23,815 bases of DNA from a virus (IMGVR_UViG_2850796239_000008), one strand, 5' to 3'; positions 1 to 8,947 are shown, counted from the stretch's first letter. Numbers and translations: made by a program. The notes: generated from the letters alone by a model not told the origin.

Positions 1-480
1 TTAAGAACAACGTTTGCAGGATATCGTCACGATGGTGACCCAACGCGATCTTCGTCGCCCCAGTTCCGTTGCGGTGCGATAAAGGATACCGCGACGTAGC
101 CGAGAACACAGTGAGCAAGTGGTTTTGCCCTCTGGAATCTTCTCTTTCACGATACCGTAAGTGTTCTCTTCAACAATCTTGTACTCAACGCCCAGCTTTT
201 CAAGATACTCGGGCAGAACGTGTTCCGGGAAGCCCGGTTGCTTTTGATCGAGGTTAACAGCCACCAGCGAAAAATTGATTGGCGCGCTTTGCTGCAAATT
301 GCGCAGAATCTCCAGCATGGTATAGCTGTCTTTACCCCCGGAGAGGCAAACCATGATGCGATCGCCTTCTTCAATCATATTGAAGTCAGCAATGGCTTCG
401 CCCACGTTACGACGCAGACGTTTTTGTAATTTGTTCAGGTTGTATTGTTCTTTCTTTGTAATTTGTTGATTTTCTTGCAT
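1..480 (-). CDS. ttcA: tRNA 2-thiocytidine synthetase TtcA, 5' portion only; frame breaks after ...TATELG and the gene continues beyond the window edge
   Basis: ATG at 478-480; PP-loop motif SGGKDS ([13 protein letters not shown]). After ...YRTATELG the listed frame reads RRRSRWV...stop at 1-3, while the alternate frame reads [19 protein letters not shown], typical of this ATPase family. Break is at the C-run 58-61. Confidence 0.85.
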   Translation of the reverse strand: MQENQQITKKEQYNLNKLQKRLRRNVGEAIADFNMIEEGDRIMVCLSGGKDSYTMLEILRNLQQSAPINFSLVAVNLDQKQPGFPEHVLPEYLEKLGVEYKIVEENTYGIVKEKIPEGKTTCSLCSRLRRGILYRTATELGRRRSRWVTIVTISCKRCS

Positions 481-531
481 TATTTCAGTTCTCTGGTACT
501 AAATGGGGCAAATTGGGGGCAAACTTTGCAA

Positions 532-1767
532 CTACGATAACCGCGCATTCAACATGGCTATCTGTTCGTCGTTCATGTCATCAATCCACATACCGTAAAT
601 TTCATACACCATTTGCGCAGTTTCATGCCCCATCTGGCTGGCTATAAATGCCGGGTTCGCTCCTGCCGTCAACAGCCAGCAGGCAAAAGTATGTCGCGTA
701 TGGTACGGATTACGGCGGCGAATACCAGCACGTTTTACTGCTGCATTCCATCTTGCACCCAAACTGCTTACCGAGTAATAAGGTTTCTGTTTTTCGTTAC
801 ACACCCTGGGCATGAAAACAAAATGCAGTTTTTGCTTTTCAGTTCTGCCGTACTCCCGATGATAAAAAGTGATTTCGCTTTTGCGATGATGCCCGGTCAG
901 TTTGTATTGCTCCTTCAGTGCTTCAAGAGCCGGCTGCAGTAATGTTACCGTCCGGATCCCGGCATTTGTTTTTGGGGGACCGAACATATCAAGTATCGTC
1001 AGGTTTCTTCTGACATTCACAATTCCCTTCTCGAAATCCACATCCTCCCACGCCAGAGCTGCCAGTTCCCCGTGACGAAGCCCGGAGTAAACGGCAAATT
1101 TCCACAAGTTTTGGCTCTGTCCTTTTTCACTTTCCATTAATGCATTGAATTCTGTTTTAGATAACGGGTCAGGCTTTATTCTGTTTCGCTGTAATTTTTT
1201 TACTCCTTCAAATGGTTTGGTTGATATAAATCCCGACTGATACGCAAAACGTAACAACGAACAGAGCAGGGCGATATAGTTATCAACTGTGCGCACGGTT
1301 CTTCCTTTTTTGTTGGATCTTGGATTATCTAGGTAAAGCGTTTCTCCATGCAGCAGTTCATTCCGGTAGTTTAAGATATCGCTATAACGAATATGCGATA
1401 TCGGGGTACTCTCACAAATTATTATCCTGAGTGTTTTTAATTGTGATTTCGTTTTCTTCATTGTGTTTGTTGTTAACTCTGTCTCTTTAATTTTTGTCCA
1501 GATATCACAAAGCTCCCCGAATGTTTTTATGACCCTCGTTGTCACCATTTTTGCCCCAGTGCTGGACTGGGGAAAACGTCTTAAATACTCAAATTCACCG
1601 GAACTGATTTCATGAACTATCAACGCTCTTAAATTCCCGGCCTTTTTAATGTTACTGTTAGTAATCTCCCAGCCTTTCAATGTTTCCCGACATCGTTTTC
1701 CTCGAAACATGAACCAGATGCGAATGTATTTACCTCGAATCTCGACACCTGTTGGTAATTTAGACAT
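532..1767 (-). CDS. intR: Phage tyrosine integrase (Rac-type, 411 aa)
   Basis: 411-aa ORF directly next to ttcA; C-terminal catalytic region with HTRHTFACWLL and MGHETAQMVYEIYG (R..H-x-x-R..Y signature); ATG at 1765-1767, stop TAG at 532-534. Confidence 0.9.
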   Translation of the reverse strand: MSKLPTGVEIRGKYIRIWFMFRGKRCRETLKGWEITNSNIKKAGNLRALIVHEISSGEFEYLRRFPQSSTGAKMVTTRVIKTFGELCDIWTKIKETELTTNTMKKTKSQLKTLRIIICESTPISHIRYSDILNYRNELLHGETLYLDNPRSNKKGRTVRTVDNYIALLCSLLRFAYQSGFISTKPFEGVKKLQRNRIKPDPLSKTEFNALMESEKGQSQNLWKFAVYSGLRHGELAALAWEDVDFEKGIVNVRRNLTILDMFGPPKTNAGIRTVTLLQPALEALKEQYKLTGHHRKSEITFYHREYGRTEKQKLHFVFMPRVCNEKQKPYYSVSSLGARWNAAVKRAGIRRRNPYHTRHTFACWLLTAGANPAFIASQMGHETAQMVYEIYGMWIDDMNDEQIAMLNARLS

Positions 1768-1768
1768 A

Positions 1769-1984
1769 TCATGAGTCTTTGATAAACTGATTTATCTTCG
1801 GATAGTTGTACCAGATAATCCCTCGCTTACTGTCTGGCTTCCCTAAAGGAGATACTCGTTTGAAGTGGAAGCCTTCCACCCAACAGTTCTGGCGGTATGC
1901 TTCAATTTGTCTGGCACCCAGACCAGTGCGAAGCATCAGGCCGTATTCAACCATCCACTCTTCATTAAAGATTACTTGTGCCAT
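1769..1984 (-). CDS. xisR: Excisionase-like small protein (71 aa from ATG; in-frame TTG at 2008 gives 79 aa)
   Basis: Small ORF immediately upstream of the integrase with a 1-nt gap; RBS AGAGGTG 4-5 nt before the ATG at 1982-1984; product [32 protein letters not shown]... resembles the prophage excisionase-like family as I recall it. Confidence 0.6.
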   Translation of the reverse strand: MAQVIFNEEWMVEYGLMLRTGLGARQIEAYRQNCWVEGFHFKRVSPLGKPDSKRGIIWYNYPKINQFIKDS

Positions 1985-2083
1985 CGCATCACCTCTGGCA
2001 GGCGCCAATGTTAGGCTGAAATTGACGCCCGATGTTGATTATTAATAATCAGCTATGAAGTTTTAATTTGAATACAATGCAAT

Positions 2084-2272
2084 TCACGAGGACTGAAGTT
2101 TCTCGCAATTAAAATTTATCAGTTTTACTTTCTGCTCTCTGGAAACGCCTGCTTCTTTTTCCCCTGAGAGCATTTTTTCGCATTCTGATTTCGTTAGTTT
2201 TGTCTTTGAGTATCTTGTCCAGCTGGCAGGAGAACCACCTTCCTTTTCAATAGTGGCTGTAATTTTATACAT
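2084..2272 (-). CDS. Small prophage early protein, 62 aa (possibly YdaC/DUF1187-like)
   Basis: ATG preceded by GGAGGT at 5 nt; the longer ORF in the track starts at a TTG. Family assignment is from memory only. Confidence 0.5.
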   Translation of the reverse strand: MYKITATIEKEGGSPASWTRYSKTKLTKSECEKMLSGEKEAGVSREQKVKLINFNCEKLQSS

Positions 2273-2322
2273 GAACACCTCCATTAATATTTTCAAAAAC
2301 CGTGTCCAAAATGCACTTGGTT

Positions 2323-3420
2323 TTACACCGGAATATTCTCATCGTATCCTGCTTGTTGCGTTTCGTTTTGTGTTTGTGGATCCGGGAATGCATATTCAAC
2401 GCCTTCCAGTTCAATCCATAGTGCATTACGACCAGCTTTGATTGTCGGCCAGTCCATACCTTTGATTCTTTCCCATGAGCGGGAGGTGAATGTTTTTTCC
2501 AGCAAATCAGCTTTTGCGCGTTTGGCGTCGTTACTGGTGCCCCCATGGTGCTTGTTGAGCAACTCGATAATTTCATCAAGTGCGATTTCTTTTGCACGCT
2601 TTTCTTTTAGCCATGTCGGTGTACCGTCGTTGGCAAATAATTCACTGTTATCCCGTGAGGTATCGATGCCGAGGTGTTCACCTCCCAGGTTAAGAAACTC
2701 GATATGAGGAAGAAAGTTTTTAAATGTTGGGTTTGAAAATACCTGTCCATCAATACGGGTGGAGCGATCTTTTAGTATTCTGGCGGTGCGCCACACCTGA
2801 CCGGTTTCTATGTTCATTTGCTTCTCCATCTGGATCAGGATGGAGGGTTCATAACCGGTTTCTGTTTCTGCTTTCATTTTTATACCGGTTTTTGCCAACT
2901 GGCGTTTGCCATCATCACCTTCGAAAAAGTCATACTCATATCCTGCACGCCCGCACATAATAATGTGCGCCTGACTGTTAACAAATCGATCGGTAAAGCG
3001 TCGCCACTCCTGTTTGAGCCACGCCCAGTCTGAAAATTCCAGTCCTCGTTTACGGTTTCGGCGTCTGGCATACTCGTCGCATAATCCGGTCCAGAAGTGA
3101 CTGATGGAGTCGATGATCATTACGGAACCGCTGCTTTCCGCTTCATTAATGGCTTCAAGCAGATCAACAAACGAGCGGGTTTTTGCCGTAAATAATTCGA
3201 TATTTTCCGCATCAAAGCGGGGTTTAACCCAGTCAGAGCCTGTTTCTGTGTCCAGAAACATTACCGGGCGGTTACCAGCTTCAATTCCCCGTTGCCGCAT
3301 AAGCATTACCAGACCAATAGCCAGTTCGCTTGCTGTGTAGGTTTTGCCGTCGCCAGCAAACCCCATAATTCCTGCTTTTAGATAGGCCTGTGTGTTTATT
3401 GCTCGTTGAAAAAGCGCCAT
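2323..3420 (-). CDS. RecA-fold ATPase, AAA_24/Sak4-like phage recombination protein (365 aa)
   Basis: Walker A GFAGDGKTYTA, Walker B-like VMIIDSISHF; GGAGGA RBS 9 nt upstream; sits where a lambdoid phage carries its recombinase. Confidence 0.65.
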   Translation of the reverse strand: MALFQRAINTQAYLKAGIMGFAGDGKTYTASELAIGLVMLMRQRGIEAGNRPVMFLDTETGSDWVKPRFDAENIELFTAKTRSFVDLLEAINEAESSGSVMIIDSISHFWTGLCDEYARRRNRKRGLEFSDWAWLKQEWRRFTDRFVNSQAHIIMCGRAGYEYDFFEGDDGKRQLAKTGIKMKAETETGYEPSILIQMEKQMNIETGQVWRTARILKDRSTRIDGQVFSNPTFKNFLPHIEFLNLGGEHLGIDTSRDNSELFANDGTPTWLKEKRAKEIALDEIIELLNKHHGGTSNDAKRAKADLLEKTFTSRSWERIKGMDWPTIKAGRNALWIELEGVEYAFPDPQTQNETQQAGYDENIPV

Positions 3421-3425
3421 AGATT

Positions 3426-3722
3426 TTAGTCCTCCAAATCAATATCAACCTGGTGGTGGGCAATGGTTTCAGCCATGTACCGGATGTGTTCTGCCATGCG
3501 CTCCTGAAACTCAACATCATCATCAAATGCGTGGCTGATTGCCTGTTTATTGGCACCGTGGCGTTGCAAATGGTCGATGCAGAGCGATTCAAACAGGTGC
3601 TGAGGCAGACCTTTTTCCAGGTCGTCCGCCAGTTCCGTTTCTTTTTCTTCACGAACGATCTGCTGGTAGTGGCGAGCCCATGCCATTTCTTCAATACGAT
3701 CAAAAATCGGGTAAGCGCTCAT
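3426..3722 (-). CDS. Hypothetical acidic protein, 98 aa
   Basis: ATG at 3720-3722 (a GTG lies 3 nt upstream); stop lies 3 nt before the Sak4-like start, so tightly coupled in the operon. No recognisable motif. Confidence 0.5.
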   Translation of the reverse strand: MSAYPIFDRIEEMAWARHYQQIVREEKETELADDLEKGLPQHLFESLCIDHLQRHGANKQAISHAFDDDVEFQERMAEHIRYMAETIAHHQVDIDLED

Positions 3723-5640
3723 CACTGGTCACTCCAAAATTTTCAAGCTTGTTGGCAATCATCATTGCGATGTCAGGGATTGCAGGCGCATAGGCTATGC
3801 ACGCAGGATTCGCACATAAACCGTAAACCGCCGCAATCAACACCTGTTTTTTCCAGTTGAGTTCATCTTCGCCAGTTTCATTATTGCTATCATTATGCTG
3901 ATCGCTGCCAGCGTTCTCCGGTAACAAATCATCAGCTTTTTCCGTTTTCTTCGGCTCTTCTTCCTGTGCTTCATCTGGTTTTTTTTCGTCAAAAGTTTCC
4001 TGATAAGTTGCGTCTCCCATCACCGCGCCACAGTCAGGGCAGTTATCCTCGCCAGTCTGATTGCAGGGTGTTCCCTCCTCCGGTTCGCTGTTCTGGTGCT
4101 GTTTATCTTCAGTCTGTCGCACTTCATTTTCCGTTTTTTTGACTTCATTTGAGGAGATATGATGACCGGGAATCCATTTCGAATCATTCGGGTCGCTAAT
4201 CCCTTCAACAAATTCTCCGCGAGAGGCAGCCAGTAATTTGTCTGCATCGACAGGATTTTTGGGCGGAATGTTTTTCCGGGCTTCATGGAGTTCTGTCCGC
4301 AGTTTCTGATATTTCGCATCAACAGCATTTACCTGTGACTGAGCATCCAGCGGCTGCGTGTCCTGATGATGTTCAGTTGCATCCGGTTCCACTGTTTCAG
4401 CCGTTGCCTGTTCATCTGCCATTGCGCAAGATGGTTGCGGTTTTTCTTCATCATCCTGTTTTCCTTCTTCTGTTACACGTTGCGGCATCGGGGCAGAGGA
4501 GCGACCGCAGGCAATATCCACGATTTCCGGATCAGGGTTGGCATGATCGGTTTCAGTCAGTACCTTGTTCAGATATTCAGTGACGTGCGCGGGGATGACC
4601 TCGATACCAATCGGTGCTTCTTTCACTGACGCAACCACGATGGCGCGGGAATAATCCATCCCGCCAGGCATGGTGATGAATTTGTCGCGGAAAACAGAAA
4701 AGGGCGGTTTATTTTCAGCGATAATTTCCTCGACACGTTTAGCGTGTGCCGGATGAAGGTTATAAATATCCACGTCCATTGAACGGGCCAGTACGCCAGT
4801 GGCTACGTCGCGCGCCAGCGACGTCAGATCGTGGACGAAACCTTCGCCGCGATCGGTGAGGTTCCCGCCGCCAGCATTAGCACCGGAAGCCGTGCGAGTG
4901 ATACGCGAAACACGATTTCCTTTCATCCACTCTTTTGTCAGCAGACCGCGATCGGTGTAGTTGGCATCCAGATATGCTTCGAAAAAAGCAGTCATCAGTC
5001 CCAGATTTGAATTACCAGGATTAGGGAAAACTTTGTCAGTATCACGCACGAGTTTGTGGAGGTCGCGAATCTCCAGCGGGTCGAGCAGACTGGTTTTATG
5101 CGAAACAGCCAGAGCAGTAACAGCCGGTAGTTCTTCATCCCGAGCAATGTGTAATGCCTGGAGTTCGTCGCGTGAAACGTGCGTTACCGGTTTTTCGCTG
5201 CCGTGTTGCGCAAGCCAACGAATGGGCAGTTCCTGACCGGAAACTGGCAGGAGCATGTTCTCCTCAATTTCTGTCATGTCTTCGCCGTTGACGTTGGTAT
5301 TGTCAGTGCTGGCTGGTTTGTCCTGAACAGAGGGAGAAGATGCGATAAATACCATTGTGATGCCATCTTCCCCGCCTTTTTCGTAACGGTTGCAGAATTC
5401 CGTATCAAACACGCCTTCTGGTGGGAGGTCATCAACAACGGGCAAATTGACGCGAACAGGTTTTTTAAAGTCATCTTCATCGTAGCCAGCATCGTCAATC
5501 GCAACAGCACCACGGGAGATGGCAATGGATAATTTTTTCGCTTCAGCCCAGTAAAAACCGCCTTTAATACCGAGGCGTTTTCTTACTTTGTCATTTTTTG
5601 CTTCGTAATACAGTGGGTAAACTTGTTTATCGGTGCTCAT
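3700..5640 (-). CDS. Large acidic early protein, 646 aa; occupies the recE position and may resemble the non-catalytic N-terminal part of exonuclease VIII; no nuclease motif seen
   Basis: Uninterrupted 1941-nt ORF with ATG at 5638-5640; long D/E-rich low-complexity stretch (about residues 380-560); Cys cluster [14 protein letters not shown]-terminus ...[18 protein letters not shown]. Confidence 0.6.
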   Translation of the reverse strand: MSTDKQVYPLYYEAKNDKVRKRLGIKGGFYWAEAKKLSIAISRGAVAIDDAGYDEDDFKKPVRVNLPVVDDLPPEGVFDTEFCNRYEKGGEDGITMVFIASSPSVQDKPASTDNTNVNGEDMTEIEENMLLPVSGQELPIRWLAQHGSEKPVTHVSRDELQALHIARDEELPAVTALAVSHKTSLLDPLEIRDLHKLVRDTDKVFPNPGNSNLGLMTAFFEAYLDANYTDRGLLTKEWMKGNRVSRITRTASGANAGGGNLTDRGEGFVHDLTSLARDVATGVLARSMDVDIYNLHPAHAKRVEEIIAENKPPFSVFRDKFITMPGGMDYSRAIVVASVKEAPIGIEVIPAHVTEYLNKVLTETDHANPDPEIVDIACGRSSAPMPQRVTEEGKQDDEEKPQPSCAMADEQATAETVEPDATEHHQDTQPLDAQSQVNAVDAKYQKLRTELHEARKNIPPKNPVDADKLLAASRGEFVEGISDPNDSKWIPGHHISSNEVKKTENEVRQTEDKQHQNSEPEEGTPCNQTGEDNCPDCGAVMGDATYQETFDEKKPDEAQEEEPKKTEKADDLLPENAGSDQHNDSNNETGEDELNWKKQVLIAAVYGLCANPACIAYAPAIPDIAMMIANKLENFGVTSDERLPDF

Positions 5641-5663
5641 TGTTTTTTAACCTCAACTCATAT

Positions 5664-5960
5664 TCAGATTGCATAAAAGAAACGAACTGATGATGCGATA
5701 TGAGAGAGTTCTTTCAGTCGTTGATAACTGATACCGTATTTCTTGTCAGCCTCTTCAATGCGAGCTGTGAGTAATGCAATTTCTTTAATGGCACATACAC
5801 AACAATCAAATGTTCCCAGAACGTAACCGTCATCAATAATTACCGTGACGTTTTCTTTTTGGGAAATCTGAATGAAACTATGTAATGTATTCCCACATTT
5901 AAATTCGGCGAGAGAATCGTTAATAACATCAAGTTCAATTTCACATTCAATAATGCTCAT
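5664..5960 (-). CDS. Hypothetical protein, 98 aa
   Basis: Internal ATG at 5958-5960 has RBS AAGGAA 7 nt upstream; the upstream ATG at 6008 has none. Product starts MSIIECEIELDV... Confidence 0.5.
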   Translation of the reverse strand: MSIIECEIELDVINDSLAEFKCGNTLHSFIQISQKENVTVIIDDGYVLGTFDCCVCAIKEIALLTARIEEADKKYGISYQRLKELSHIASSVRFFYAI

Positions 5961-6034
5961 TGCTGTTTCCTTTTTTAAGGTTGAGTGAATCCCTGCCATT
6001 GCTGGCATAAATTCAGTTTCGAATATTCAGTTAA

Positions 6035-6322
6035 TTAAAGTTCGTGTGCCATCTTGTCTTTTTCGGCACAAGCTGCACTGCAATATTTTCGTTTCTTTCT
6101 GGCAATCATGTTTCCATGCATATAAATAAGCTCGCCAGTAAAAGCTTTTTCAGGTAAAAACTGTTTATTGCAGAGATGGTAATCACATTGTATTAAATCC
6201 AGGTCACCTTTTTGCTGGAGAATTTTTCTGATTCTCCACAGCCATTTTTTAATCCCGGTATGACTGATGGTCTGCCTGAGGGCAGGTGTAAAACAATAAT
6301 CAAGCATGGGGTTCATATCCAT
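6035..6322 (-). CDS. Hypothetical Cys-containing small protein, 95 aa
   Basis: ATG at 6320-6322 with GGAG 4-5 nt upstream; basic patch RKKRKYCSAAC and CDYHLC suggest a possible zinc ribbon. Confidence 0.45.
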   Translation of the reverse strand: MDMNPMLDYCFTPALRQTISHTGIKKWLWRIRKILQQKGDLDLIQCDYHLCNKQFLPEKAFTGELIYMHGNMIARKKRKYCSAACAEKDKMAHEL

Positions 6323-6332
6323 AGCTCCATTT

Positions 6333-6880
6333 TTATTTTAAGGAAAGCAACTGCTCTACGGTCATGTTTTTAATTGCGCCCCGGTTTACAAGAGTCCAGC
6401 CCTGTTTTTCCAGGTAGAACTGGAAAGTCTCCAGGGTACAGACCAGTGCGCCATCAGGAACGGTTTCGGTGAATTCGACATTGCCGAATTTGTCGAAGTG
6501 AACAACCAGAGTGCGACCATCACCCGGAATCATCTTGTCAGCAGGTGGGGTGTTATTCTGGCGCAGTTCGGCCTCCATGCGGTCGAACTCAGCAATGTAG
6601 GCTTCCTTGAATGTGGCGGCTTTTTTGCCCGTGAAGCCCATCACCAGGAAAACGAAGCCGTTTTTGGTGATTTGGTAGGCGTTATAAGAATTGCCGCGGT
6701 GTTCGAATTTAACCCGCGAAAAGTTGCTGGTTAAAAATAGTTCAGAACATTCGAGGGATTCTATTTTTTGAACAACATGGTGATGCTGCTTGCCAAAAAA
6801 CTCAGCAATCGAAATAGAAGTAGTGACGGCGCGACCATTTTCGATGGTTACGTCAGGGTGAGAAAGGGTAGTAGCCATAA
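6333..6880 (-). CDS. Rha-family phage regulatory protein; the ORF is open in frame up to 7172
   Basis: Phage_pRha-type N-terminus TTSISIAEFFGKQHHHVVQKIESL right after the Met at 6878-6880 (RBS GAGGA 8 nt upstream). The upstream 97 codons are Pro/Gly/Arg-rich and look non-conserved. Confidence 0.7.
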
Positions 6881-7193
6881 TGACATCCTCAAGTGATAAG
6901 TTAATTAACTCACCAGCAGAGGTGCTAATCTCATGGGTGGTGAGACGCACAGGGTTAGCACTACCGGTCACTCGAGAACCCGGCCAGCCTTGCGGCTGCC
7001 CCGCACGCCTCACCATAATTTGAATGTGGCTGTGCATTACGCATAAAAAAACCGCTTCAGCGCGGCTATGCGCTCGAGTAACTTTCGGGGTGCTAATCCC
7101 GGCACCCGTTTTATGAGGTGCAGGTGCACTATAATTCCACCCGTTCTGGTTTTCAATAGCTACATTCAACATTTTCTCTTTCCTTTCATCACC

Positions 7194-7348
7194 GAAGTGA
7201 ATTTTGTGATGCGGTGCCTGGTGCCTCCAGGTGACGTTAACCAGTTAACAATTACAGTCGGCTTTCCCACCCAAAACAATAAGGACTAACATGACTTTTA
7301 ACTGTGCCGCGTGCGCTTAGCCGCATTCACCGCATCACAAAATTCACT
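7194..7348. repeat. Perfect 22-bp inverted repeat pair (AAGTGAATTTTGTGATGCGGTG / CACCGCATCACAAAATTCACTT) flanking 111 bp
   Basis: Arms at 7194-7215 and 7327-7348 are exact reverse complements. The spacer contains GTTAACCAGTTAAC (7235-7248) and the short hairpin CCTGGtgcctCCAGG. Confidence 0.85.
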
Positions 7349-7585
7349 TTAAAAAGGGCGGACATCAGCCAGCAATTAAACCGATGCCGCCAACTGGTAC
7401 TTCACACAGCAATGTCGTTATTTACAACCGGAAGCGCACTCCCACCATTTAAATTTCACAGACAAGACCGACTCTTTATGGATACCGGAAATGCGCCTTC
7501 GTGTTGTGCCCGGTTTTATTTCACCACCTCCGGGCTTTGGTGGTATCTTTACTGAAGTTCTCACACAACCAGTAAGGAAATGAAT

Positions 7586-7876
7586 ATGCCAACGTATCTC
7601 GCCAGAGTAGAACTATATAATGCTGAGCCAGAGGATTACGAAGGGCTTCATAAATATATGCTCTCACTAGGATTCAGGAGAACGATCCCCCATGGAGATG
7701 GTTCGTATAATCAACTCCCGGACGGAACTTATGTTTTCGAAAAGGGCGGTGATATTTATCAAATTCGCAGCCAGATATCTGACTATGCAGACCGACTATC
7801 CGGGTATCGCGCGTCTGTTTTTGTTTGCGAATTCAGTCAATGCGCATGGTATTTATACCCCGCCAAGACCCGGTGA
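7586..7876 (+). CDS. Hypothetical 96-aa protein on the opposite strand to the early operon (moron)
   Basis: ATG at 7586 with AAGGAA RBS at 6-nt spacing; product MPTYLARVELYNAEPEDYEGLHKYMLSLGF... has a beta-alpha-beta-like pattern; its 3' end overlaps the convergent minus-strand gene by 24 nt. Confidence 0.5.
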   Translation: MPTYLARVELYNAEPEDYEGLHKYMLSLGFRRTIPHGDGSYNQLPDGTYVFEKGGDIYQIRSQISDYADRLSGYRASVFVCEFSQCAWYLYPAKTR

Positions 7877-8056
7877 ATATCCTGCACGGCCTTCTGCTTT
7901 GTAGAAGGCTTCTTCGCTATCATAATCGCCAGATTCCAGCGCTTCTTTAGCCAGCCAGATGCGTGCCCCAGTGCCTGCATTTGGCTCCAGTTGCTGGAGG
8001 CGTTTTGCATCTTCTAGGAGTAGAGCGATAACGTGTTTTAATTCTGTCTCGTTCAT
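7853..8056 (-). CDS. Hypothetical 67-aa early protein
   Basis: ATG at 8054-8056 with GGTGAG RBS; start lies 1 nt after the stop of the upstream gene, so translationally coupled. Product MNETELKHVIALLLEDAKRLQQ... Confidence 0.45.
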   Translation of the reverse strand: MNETELKHVIALLLEDAKRLQQLEPNAGTGARIWLAKEALESGDYDSEEAFYKAEGRAGYSPGLGGV

Positions 8057-8057
8057 T

Positions 8058-8213
8058 TTACTCACCTGAATGTCTTCCCAACCAACGACGTGCGCCAGCT
8101 TCGGTTTTAAACGTTTTGCTTTTGGTATACGTCATGGCGGTGAATGTGCCGTCTTGATTGGGAAACACGCCACATACCAGAGATTCGTTGTTGCCAAGAT
8201 CGATAGTATTCAT
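8058..8213 (-). CDS. Small prophage protein, 51 aa (YdaF/YdfA-like, DUF1391-type)
   Basis: ATG at 8211-8213; product MNTIDLGNNESLVCGVFPNQDGTFTAMTYTKSKTFKTEAGARRWLGRHSGE matches in length and character the 51-aa Rac-region protein as I recall it. Confidence 0.55.
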   Translation of the reverse strand: MNTIDLGNNESLVCGVFPNQDGTFTAMTYTKSKTFKTEAGARRWLGRHSGE

Positions 8214-8393
8214 GTTGACCCCATTTCCCCTTAACGCCGGGTGGCGGAACGTTTTATCTACTGCGCTTTGTATCAATCAACAACTGCCGTCATGTTCGTA
8301 TGCCTCAGGCTGGCTACTTAGCCCTGTTCAGTGACTGGATAACTCGAGGTATTGTCCTGCCGTTCTCTGGTGGGGCGTTGTTTGGATATGCTT

Positions 8394-8422
8394 ATTAAAC
8401 ACAATTTGTTTTCTTATGTCAA
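8394..8422 (-). promoter_or_regulatory. Leftward early promoter candidate (pL-like): TTGACA-17-TTTAAT with overlapping palindromes
   Basis: Minus-strand -35 TTGACA at 8422-8417, 17-nt spacer, -10 TTTAAT at 8399-8394. Palindromes AACAC-GTAAT-GTGTT (8421-8435) and AAACA-CAATT-TGTTT (8397-8411) overlap the -35 and spacer. Confidence 0.5.
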
Positions 8423-8460
8423 CACGTAATGTGTTTTATGGTGGGTGTCATATGATGATG

Positions 8461-8937
8461 CTACAAAAAAGCCCGCTGATAGCGGGCTGATTGGCATATT
8501 ACTGTGATAGCAAGATCATTATTCCGGTGGGGATTATCTTTAATCCTGCCTCTCAAATATTTTTCTACATACTCATCGATTTCTTTTAGCCGGACTTCAA
8601 ATAGCTCAATCATTCGTTGTTGTTCTGAGCCCGGTAGCTGGTTAAACAACTCAAGAAGTTTTCGTTGGGATTCATTTAACCACAATTCAGAAGATTCCTG
8701 TTCTCCAAAGAGGAGCTCAGGAGGAGATATGCCAAGTGCCTTTCCCAATACGACAGCGTCATGTACTCCAACATTTCTGCTGCCCGCCTCATAGTTACCT
8801 ATACGCGATTGCGTCCATCCGCAGATTTCAGCAAGTTTTCCTTGAGATAAACCAAGCTTCTGCCTGCGCTCTTTAAGACGCATTGCAATTTTGTCATTGA
8901 GCCTACTAGCGGCAATTTTTTCGTTTTCTTTTTCCAT
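8461..8937 (-). CDS. racR: Prophage repressor, XRE-family HTH, 158 aa (RacR-type)
   Basis: ATG at 8935-8937; HTH region LGLSQGKLAEICGWTQSRIGNYEAG; 158 aa; divergent from a Cro-like gene across a 96-bp operator region. Confidence 0.85.
   Translation of the reverse strand: MEKENEKIAASRLNDKIAMRLKERRQKLGLSQGKLAEICGWTQSRIGNYEAGSRNVGVHDAVVLGKALGISPPELLFGEQESSELWLNESQRKLLELFNQLPGSEQQRMIELFEVRLKEIDEYVEKYLRGRIKDNPHRNNDLAITVICQSARYQRAFL
8465..8488 (-). terminator. Rho-independent terminator at the end of the repressor gene
   Basis: Minus strand reads AGCCCGC-TATC-GCGGGCT followed by TTTTTT; the hairpin overlaps the last 8 codons and stop of the repressor ORF. Confidence 0.6.
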
Positions 8938-8947
8938 TGCATCCTTG

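Noticed and set aside
613-942. 109-aa plus-strand ORF inside the integrase gene
   Set aside because: Antisense to a well-supported integrase CDS; no RBS and Cys/Arg-rich composition typical of a spurious frame.
4335-4629. Two overlapping plus-strand ORFs (82 and 87 aa) inside the 646-aa gene
   Set aside because: They lie antisense within the acidic repeat-coding region; their composition (Phe/Leu/Cys-rich) is the complement of a D/E-rich frame; no start signals.
7194-7348. Retron-type msr/msd element suggested by the long flanking inverted repeats
   Set aside because: No reverse-transcriptase ORF anywhere in the window; the adjacent plus-strand gene is only 96 aa.
7304-7555. 83-aa plus-strand ORF in the non-coding gap
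   Set aside because: Would start at a non-ATG codon without an RBS and runs through the inverted-repeat arm; more likely untranslated regulatory DNA.
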